DNA of 54,580 bases, taken from NCBI GenBank assembly GCA_037442105.1, contig JBBIQV010000003.1:8990-63569 (forward strand). The letters are read 5' to 3'. Positions 47,805 to 54,580 of the stretch are shown here, one piece after another; the first letter of the stretch is position 1; every line of letters starts with the position of its first letter. Both the position numbers and the translations under genes were made by a program. The notes under the pieces are model-generated. The model saw nothing but the letters and a program-made list of their open reading frames with translations. It made no database searches and was not told the DNA's origin. The DNA is from Nitrospiraceae bacterium (lineage in GTDB: Bacteria > Nitrospirota > Nitrospiria > Nitrospirales > Nitrospiraceae).

Positions 47805-48662
47805 TTACGCCGAGCGACGAGTAGGTGGAATGTTCGAAAGAGAAGCGGAGGATGCGTGATCGGGGGAGTCTTTGGCATTTGAGTCTGCGGGCGCTGGTAA
47901 GCTCGGAGGGACCACTCCGGTCACCAATCCCTGTTCGATTGCGAAGGCGGTCATGGCCGCGGTCGTGTGGAGTTTGAGTTTGCCGGCCAGGCTCGCGCGA
48001 TGTTTCTCGACGGTGCGGACGCTGATGCACAGACAGGCTGCGATCTCCTTGTTTCGCCGTCCTTCCGCGATCAGCTTGAGGACTTCCCGCTCACGTTGAC
48101 TCAACAGGGTCCAGATCGAACTCTGCTGCCTCGCCTCGTTTCCACCGGACAGAAATCCGGCGACCACATACGCCGACACCGTGGGACTGATATAGGTCTT
48201 GTGGTCGAGGACACTCTGGATGGCGAGGCACAATTCAGCGTGTGAGGCGTCCTTCGCGAGATAGGCGGAAGCGCCGGCCTCGAGGGCCGTGCGCACGTAG
48301 ATGTCGGTACAGTGAAACGTCAGCACGATGATTTTTATTTTGGGGTCCAGATGCCTGATTTCGCGGATCAGCTCCAAACCGTGAAGACCGGGAAGCGCGA
48401 GATCGACCACGACGATCATCGGATGGACCGCGGGAATGAGACGCAAGGCTTCGAGTCCGTTGCCGGCCTCGCCCACCACCTGAATCCCGGCATCGAGAGT
48501 CAACAGCGAGCGAAGCGCCTCTCGAAAGATCGTGTGGTCCTCGACGAGGAAGATTCGGACGGCGGAGGAGTTCCTGGAGGGCCCGCTTGCCGTCGATTGC
48601 CGAGTCGTGGCACGGTCCGGCGGTTCAGGTGGGCGACGGCCACGAGAATGATGACTAGGCAT
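47805..48662 (-). CDS. Two-component response regulator, NarL/FixJ (LuxR-type HTH) family
   Basis: REC domain (IFLVEDH ... VVDLALPGLHG) and C-terminal LuxR HTH (LSQREREVLKLIAEGRRNKEIA); ~40-aa N-terminal extension before the REC domain. Confidence 0.85.
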   Translation of the reverse strand: MPSHHSRGRRPPEPPDRATTRQSTASGPSRNSSAVRIFLVEDHTIFREALRSLLTLDAGIQVVGEAGNGLEALRLIPAVHPMIVVVDLALPGLHGLELIREIRHLDPKIKIIVLTFHCTDIYVRTALEAGASAYLAKDASHAELCLAIQSVLDHKTYISPTVSAYVVAGFLSGGNEARQQSSIWTLLSQREREVLKLIAEGRRNKEIAACLCISVRTVEKHRASLAGKLKLHTTAAMTAFAIEQGLVTGVVPPSLPAPADSNAKDSPDHASSASLSNIPPTRRSA

Positions 48663-49197
48663 AAGTAGCTACAAATAGAATACTGCAAGAAGAGCGCATT
48701 GGCTGGATGCTGTGTTGGACTCCTGGTCACACTTATTCCACATGTCGGTAGAATCTCCAAAAGAAAGGTGATTTTCAGCGTGAAGGTCGTCCCGATCGAG
48801 AGCCTGGAATCGGCCTAAGCGCACGCTGTTCTTTCACATTTGTTCTGCCTGGAGGAACTCGACAACTGTCTCAACTTATTGAAAGGCTGAGAGCTTTCAA
48901 TCTTCGACCCTTCCCATCTCCACTTCAAGAAGAAGAACCGCCACGTTTGTTCGCTCAGCAGGCTCCCCTACCAAAGAGCTACGTATTGGAGAGCGAAAAA
49001 AATAGGGGCTACCTACCGCAGGAGCCGTAGTTCTACGACTGTGTCGCCGGCACCGTTCGGAGCTAAAAAGTGGCCGGCACAGAAAAAGCCGGTGAGCAGG
49101 CGGGAATACGGCAATCCCAATGCTGCGAGAGAACGAATTACTAGACGAGATGGAATGGTTTAACGAGTCACTCACTTGTCGAGGAGAGGGAAACGCG

Positions 49198-52100
49198 ATG
49201 AGAGCCAACAGAGTATGGTCGATTGGCGCAGCGCTGAAACGTATCGTGGTCGTGTCAATGTGCCTTCTCGGATTGCTTGGGCGATCGGATCTGTGGGGCC
49301 AGACCACGCCTCCTCCGGCGGCGGTCAACGTCACCGTCACGGACGCGGCCGGCAACCAGGTCAGTGGATTTCGCTGGTTGCTTCAAGAGGATGCCACGCT
49401 CCCAGTGACGCCCGGCGTTCCTGATACGAACAGCCTCGCGTACAACTTCCATCGCAGCTATATGCCGGTGGTCGATAGCGGTCGCGTCACGGGAGGCCAA
49501 GCTGTCGTGACGATTCCCAATCCAGCGAAACGCTATTACATCTCTGTCCTGCCCGACGTGCCTGCGGGCGCCAATTGCGCACTGTCTGGGCAGGGGTGCT
49601 ATTCGATCGGTGGCGGAGCCGTGGCTCCGGGGCAGACAACGGCGACGATCATCGTTCCGCCGCAGCCCATCCCGACGGCCCAAATTTCTATTTTGGCCTT
49701 TGAAGACAACAATCCGATCAATAACACCGTGGACTTGCCGCAAGAAGCCGGTCTGGGCGGGTTTAGCGTGATTATTTCTGAATTAGCGGGCCAGGTCTTT
49801 ACAGACGTCTATGGCAACCCGCTCGGCACGGTCTATAGCGGTGTGGGCGCCGACGGCACTCCAATCGTGCAGACGCTGGGTAGCGGAGTTATCACGACCA
49901 TGACCCAAGCCGACGTCAACGATCCCGTGAAAAATCCCTATAGGCTTGCGGTGGGAGAAGCATTGGTCAAGAACCTCGCGCCCGGCAAGTACGGTGTCCA
50001 GATCGTTCCGCCGGCGGGACAGAACTGGTCCCAGACTTCGACGATCGAAGGGACAAAAGGAATCGATGCCTGGGTCAAGGCCAACGAGCCGCGCTATTTT
50101 GCGGAATTCGGTCCGGCCGGTCACCATGTCGAAATCGGGTTCGTGCAGCAGCTCAACAGTATTCCGGCTGTCCAGCCGGGGCAGGCAAGCGGCGCCATTA
50201 CTGGCCGGATCGTCAACCTCCGCATGTCCCGGCCGCCCAACTATACCTTCTATTCGGGCCAGCCCCTTCCGAATTGCTGGATCGGATTGAACGAGTTCCA
50301 GCTCGGCCGGCCCGGTCGTGGTCTCTATGCCCAACCCTGCAATGCGGATAGCACCTTCTCGATTCCCAATGTCCCCGCCGGGACCTATCAGCTCGTCATG
50401 TGGGATCAGTTCCTCGATAACATTTTCGCGTCATTGCCGGTCACGGTGACAAGCGGCAACTTGAATCTGAACGATGTGCCGGTGTTCCGGTGGTTCGGCG
50501 CGCATGAGCACTATGTCTATTTCGACGCAAACGGCAATGGCGTACGCGATCCGGGAGAAGTCGGCATTCAAGGTCAGGCCATTAATCTCCGGTTCCGCGA
50601 CGGGTCAATCTATCAATCCTTCCCGACTAACATGGACGGTTTTATACCCTTCAATGAAGTGTTCCCCTTCTTCAATTGGCTTGTCGCCGAGGTCGATTAC
50701 TTACGTTTCAAGGCGACCGGTGTCACCGTGACGGTCGATGCCGGTGGACCGGTGCAACAAGGCCTCATCGGCCGAGGCAAGCTCAACCCACAGATTCAAG
50801 TCGATGGCCAGCCGACTCGAACGGAGACCCAGCCGGCCCCTGTGCTCCTTGAAGGCTTTCAATCATTTCTCGGAACAACCAATATCTTCGAATGGGGAAA
50901 AGCCAACTATGGACCGGGAGAGAACGGCGGGATCACCGGGATTGTGCATTACGCAACGACGCGCGCCGAAGACGATCCACGCCTCGCAGCGGCAGAGACC
51001 TGGGAACCAGGGATTCCGCGAGTCCCGGTTTTCCTCTATCAAGATGACGGGACGGGAAAGATCAAGGATGTCAATGGCGTGGCCGGCTTTCAGCTCGCCG
51101 ATGTAGACCACTATCCGTTCGGCTGGGCTGACGGCACCGCGCCGATGGGTCCCGAGGATGTGAAACGCAACAATCTTGGCGGGCCCACTGTGTTCAATGC
51201 CGGCGACGCGGTACAGATCGCCGCGACCGACAGTTGGGACGATAATCTGCCGACCGGCTGCCCAGGCGCGTCCCCGACAGATCCTGTCACGCCATCGGAT
51301 AAGTGCTATGACGGACTCCGCAACTGGAATCAGGTCCGTCCCGCCGTCTTTGATGGAGGCTTTGCGTTCTTCACTTACGTGCCTGGTGGAGCCTCATCCG
51401 GCGCTGCCGAGCAACCCCTTCCGGGCGGATTGAATTATATCGTCGAATCCGTTGCGCCCAAGGGTTATCTGCACCAAAAGGAAGAAGACAAGAACGTCGT
51501 CTTCGGCGACACCTCCACGATCAGCCCCTTGGCGTTGCCGCCCGTCTGCGTCGGCGACGTGCGCACCGTTCCGGCTGAACTCAGCCTGTTCCCCGGAGTG
51601 CCGGGAGTCTATGCCGGCCAAAATCGACCGCTGTGCGATCGCAAGCAGGTCTATCTCGCAAACGGCCAGAATGCGGCCGCGGACTTCTTCTTGTTCACCG
51701 AAGTGCCGATCGCGGGCCAGGCGGTGGGCTTTGTCCTGAACGATGTGGCCAACGAGTTCAATCCGCAGGCCCCGACCTTCGGCGAGAAGGCCGCGCCGTC
51801 CTGGCTGCCGGTCTCCATCCGCGACTGGACCGGCCGCGAGATCTCGCGTGTCTACACGGACGAGTTCGGCACGTATAACGCGCTGGTACCGACGACCTAT
51901 ACCATCAATCCCCCCCTGCCCAGCGGCGTGTCGCCAAGCATGATGCAGTTCTGTCTGAACTCGCCGGGGCCGATCAAGGATCCGGCGACGGGGCAGATGG
52001 TCATCGACCCCTATTTCAATAAACAGTACAGCCAATTCTGTTACACGCTCAACTTCCAACCGGGCCAGACGACCTATTTAGATACGCCGGTGATCCCGGT

Positions 52101-54580
52101 TTCGGCCTTCGCCGGACCGGGCAACTGGCAGCTCGACTGTGAATGCCCTGACAAGACGCCAAGAATCTACTCTGTCAGCGCAGAAGGCAATGGTGTCGGC
52201 GGCGGTCCCTACATCAGCGCAACCGGCAGTCGCGTCCTGTCAATCACGTCGGTCGGCACAGTTCAGGTGCCGGATCCCAACTCTATCCGTGTCAATGGCC
52301 AGAACGCGCAGCTCATCGCTCGGGACTTTGGCTTCGGGACCACGCCCGGCACTGTAACGATCGGCGGGGTGGCGCTTCAGAACGTGACGTGGACGAATAG
52401 CCTGATTACAGGCACGGTGCCGACGAACGCGCAGACCGGCGAGTTGGTGATCAGACGAGCCGATAGCGGCCAGGCGACGACCAACTCCATCACCGTCCAT
52501 GTCGGGAACAATCCCGCTAAAGTCCGAACAGTAGCCCCGAACACCAAGATCCAGGATGTGCTCGATGTGGCGCAACCGGGCGATCTGATCCTCGTGCCTC
52601 CCGGAGCCTACTTCGAGATGCTCATCATGACCAAGCCGGTCGAACTGCAAGGCTGGGGCGCGCCGTCGACCCAGATCAACGCAGTCAGAAGCCCCGCCGA
52701 GAATCTGCAACTCTGGCGGGAGAAGGTGAATACCCTGACCAACTGCGCACCATCGCAAATTGACCTGCTCCCTGGTCAGGGCAACAACCTGCCGTTGGCG
52801 ACCGGCCCTTGCGGCTTTGATCCCGGCACCGGGTTGCTCAAAACAGAGGAAGGACCGGGGATCCTCGTGGCGACGAAACAAGGGGCTTTCAGCAACACCG
52901 TCTCGGCCCGTATCGATGGATTCACCATCACCGGCGCCGATCAGTCTGCCGGCATCATAGTCAACGGGTATGCCCGGTACCTCGAGATCAGCAATAACCA
53001 TGTCGTGAACAACCAAGGCCTCTACGGCGGCGGTATCCGCCTGGGCCACTCGGACCTCGCGGACCGGAACAACGGCACCTACCCGAGCGCCCAGAACGAC
53101 CACGTGGCGATTCATCACAACCACATCAGCCAGAACGGCACGCTGTTCGCGCCGGGAGCCGGTGTTGCACTCTACACCGGCAGTGATAACTACCAAATCA
53201 CAGACAACTACATCTGCGGGAACTACTCGCTGGGCGACGGTGGGGGTATCGCCCACTATGGGCTCAGTCCCAACGGCTTGATTGCCAATAATCAAATTCT
53301 GCTCAACCAGAGCTTCGAGCAGACGGCCGGCGGTGGCACCGGCGGTACCGGCGCGGGCGGTGGTCTTCTCATCGCAGGTCTGCCGCAGCCGATCGGCGCG
53401 GCGATCCAGCAATCGCCGGGAGCCGGCTCGGTCACGATCGTCTCGAACCTGATTCAAGGCAACAACGCAGGATCGAGCGACGGCGGCGGCGTGCTGCTGC
53501 GCAGCATCAACGGCCAAGATGTGCTCGTTTCGCCGACCAACAACTCGACCTGGTACCAGGTACTGATGTTCAACAACATGATCGTGAACAATGTAGCCGG
53601 CCTGGCGGCGGGCGGCGTAGCCCTGCAAGATGCGGCCAAGGTGTTCATGATCAACAACACCATCGCCCACAACGACAGCACGGCGACGGCCGGCGCGGCC
53701 TTCACGCCGGGGAACCCCAACCAGTCCAATCCGCAACCGGCCGGAGTGGTTTCCAATGCACACAGTCCGGAATTGCTGGCGGCATTAGGCGCCGGTACCA
53801 CATTCCCCCGCTATTCCGATCCCGTATTGGTGAACAACATCATCCTGCATAACCGGTCACAGTACTGGCAGGTGGATACGACCGTGACACCTTCCGTCGC
53901 TCGGCTGATCTTCAGTGGCTTCGATGACCTCGCGGTGCTTCCCCGGTCATCCGGGTTTCGACTGAATCCGCGGAGCAGCCTGCTGACCAATGTGAACACC
54001 GGATACCACTCATCCAATGTGCTGGTGGCGGATTCGAATTCTGCGACGGTGTTTGTGAATCCCTATTACAACGCCCCGCCCGCATTGGGCACCGTGCAGC
54101 CGGATGGCACGTACATCATGTTGGAATTTACGACGACGCTTCAGACCGCCGCAGCACTGGATGAAGGCGGCAACTTCATTGACGTGCACTACGGGCCGCT
54201 CTCGCCTGTGGGTGACTATCACTTGATCGCAACCTCGCCGGCGATTGATCGAGGCACGAACACCTACCAGGCAACCTATCCGCTCCTTGCCGCGGATATC
54301 GATAGCCAGCTCCGGCCCACCGATGGAGATGGAAATGGGAGCGTTTTATCCGATATGGGAGCGGATGAGGTGCAAGGTTCAGCCAATCAAGCGCCTGTTA
54401 TCACCTCAGTGGCGATCACGACCGCAACAGTGGGCGCGGCCTACAGTTATCAGGTCACGGCGACGGATCCAAACCCAGGCACGACGTTCACTTATAGCCT
54501 GACCACAGCGCCGGCGGGCATGACGATCAGCGCGACGGGCTTGATCAGTTGGACGCCGACGGCGGCGCAGACGGGACCGC
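49198..54580 (+). CDS. Giant secreted surface protein, 3' partial (>=1794 codons): Cna-B/SdrD-like domain, IPT/TIG domain, right-handed parallel beta-helix repeats, C-terminal cadherin-like Ig domain
   Basis: Frame 1 is open from ATG 49198 to the window end; it is absent from the ORF track because it has no stop. Signal peptide; FDANGNGVRDPGEVGIQGQAINL (SdrD-B-like), IPT/TIG-like block, repeated NNxIxxN beta-helix rungs, QAPVITS...ATDPNPGTTFTYSLT cadherin-like motif. Confidence 0.8.
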   Translation, partial: MRANRVWSIGAALKRIVVVSMCLLGLLGRSDLWGQTTPPPAAVNVTVTDAAGNQVSGFRWLLQEDATLPVTPGVPDTNSLAYNFHRSYMPVVDSGRVTGGQAVVTIPNPAKRYYISVLPDVPAGANCALSGQGCYSIGGGAVAPGQTTATIIVPPQPIPTAQISILAFEDNNPINNTVDLPQEAGLGGFSVIISELAGQVFTDVYGNPLGTVYSGVGADGTPIVQTLGSGVITTMTQADVNDPVKNPYRLAVGEALVKNLAPGKYGVQIVPPAGQNWSQTSTIEGTKGIDAWVKANEPRYFAEFGPAGHHVEIGFVQQLNSIPAVQPGQASGAITGRIVNLRMSRPPNYTFYSGQPLPNCWIGLNEFQLGRPGRGLYAQPCNADSTFSIPNVPAGTYQLVMWDQFLDNIFASLPVTVTSGNLNLNDVPVFRWFGAHEHYVYFDANGNGVRDPGEVGIQGQAINLRFRDGSIYQSFPTNMDGFIPFNEVFPFFNWLVAEVDYLRFKATGVTVTVDAGGPVQQGLIGRGKLNPQIQVDGQPTRTETQPAPVLLEGFQSFLGTTNIFEWGKANYGPGENGGITGIVHYATTRAEDDPRLAAAETWEPGIPRVPVFLYQDDGTGKIKDVNGVAGFQLADVDHYPFGWADGTAPMGPEDVKRNNLGGPTVFNAGDAVQIAATDSWDDNLPTGCPGASPTDPVTPSDKCYDGLRNWNQVRPAVFDGGFAFFTYVPGGASSGAAEQPLPGGLNYIVESVAPKGYLHQKEEDKNVVFGDTSTISPLALPPVCVGDVRTVPAELSLFPGVPGVYAGQNRPLCDRKQVYLANGQNAAADFFLFTEVPIAGQAVGFVLNDVANEFNPQAPTFGEKAAPSWLPVSIRDWTGREISRVYTDEFGTYNALVPTTYTINPPLPSGVSPSMMQFCLNSPGPIKDPATGQMVIDPYFNKQYSQFCYTLNFQPGQTTYLDTPVIPVSAFAGPGNWQLDCECPDKTPRIYSVSAEGNGVGGGPYISATGSRVLSITSVGTVQVPDPNSIRVNGQNAQLIARDFGFGTTPGTVTIGGVALQNVTWTNSLITGTVPTNAQTGELVIRRADSGQATTNSITVHVGNNPAKVRTVAPNTKIQDVLDVAQPGDLILVPPGAYFEMLIMTKPVELQGWGAPSTQINAVRSPAENLQLWREKVNTLTNCAPSQIDLLPGQGNNLPLATGPCGFDPGTGLLKTEEGPGILVATKQGAFSNTVSARIDGFTITGADQSAGIIVNGYARYLEISNNHVVNNQGLYGGGIRLGHSDLADRNNGTYPSAQNDHVAIHHNHISQNGTLFAPGAGVALYTGSDNYQITDNYICGNYSLGDGGGIAHYGLSPNGLIANNQILLNQSFEQTAGGGTGGTGAGGGLLIAGLPQPIGAAIQQSPGAGSVTIVSNLIQGNNAGSSDGGGVLLRSINGQDVLVSPTNNSTWYQVLMFNNMIVNNVAGLAAGGVALQDAAKVFMINNTIAHNDSTATAGAAFTPGNPNQSNPQPAGVVSNAHSPELLAALGAGTTFPRYSDPVLVNNIILHNRSQYWQVDTTVTPSVARLIFSGFDDLAVLPRSSGFRLNPRSSLLTNVNTGYHSSNVLVADSNSATVFVNPYYNAPPALGTVQPDGTYIMLEFTTTLQTAAALDEGGNFIDVHYGPLSPVGDYHLIATSPAIDRGTNTYQATYPLLAADIDSQLRPTDGDGNGSVLSDMGADEVQGSANQAPVITSVAITTATVGAAYSYQVTATDPNPGTTFTYSLTTAPAGMTISATGLISWTPTAAQTGP

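Noticed and set aside
52240-53763. 507-aa minus-strand ORF
   Set aside because: Antisense to the beta-helix region of the giant plus-strand protein, whose frame carries coherent domain motifs.

Overview
This is a high-GC (roughly 58-60%) bacterial chromosomal segment. Gene content and high coding density on both strands are reminiscent of Nitrospirota-type genomes; this is inference, not verified.

Most of the window is housekeeping. In order it holds:
- a 5'-truncated polyprenyl glycosylphosphotransferase;
- a GDP-mannose sugar-nucleotide module (gmd, KdsC-like HAD phosphatase, manC, manB);
- DUF3108, fbp plus a class I aldolase, degP, a YacL-like PIN/TRAM protein, ispD-ispF, cysE, purM-purN and tRNA-Ala(CGC);
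- a minus-strand phosphorelay operon (REC-Cys4 regulator, REC-GGDEF, GAF hybrid histidine kinase with two REC domains, Hpt);
- an MFS transporter, htpX, and a cupredoxin next to a squalene/phytoene-synthase-family gene.

The clearest accessory region is a ~3.4 kb islet at 27.0-30.4 kb, packed with toxin-antitoxin (TA)-type genes, several of them decayed. vapBC and a DUF4160/DUF2442 pair are intact. An FGE-domain fragment, a frameshifted GIY-YIG gene, a frameshifted tumE-like toxin and a hicB-like reading frame with two in-frame stops are not.

After the islet come a small ferredoxin cluster, a long GC-rich structured leader upstream of ald, tRNA-Pro(CGG), acyP, a sigma-70-family factor, apt, a dksA-like gene, queC, cytochrome c, an SPFH protein, malQ and a sigma54-type two-component pair. 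These are followed by an unusual 487-aa protein with a ~230-aa Pro/Thr/Ala/Ser-rich linker, PilZ, and a LuxR-type response regulator. The window ends with the first ~1794 codons of a giant secreted beta-helix/Ig-like protein that runs off the window end and is therefore absent from the ORF track.

I saw no CRISPR array, transposase or integrase. Many long minus-strand ORFs in the track are antisense artefacts of the GC-rich coding sequence.
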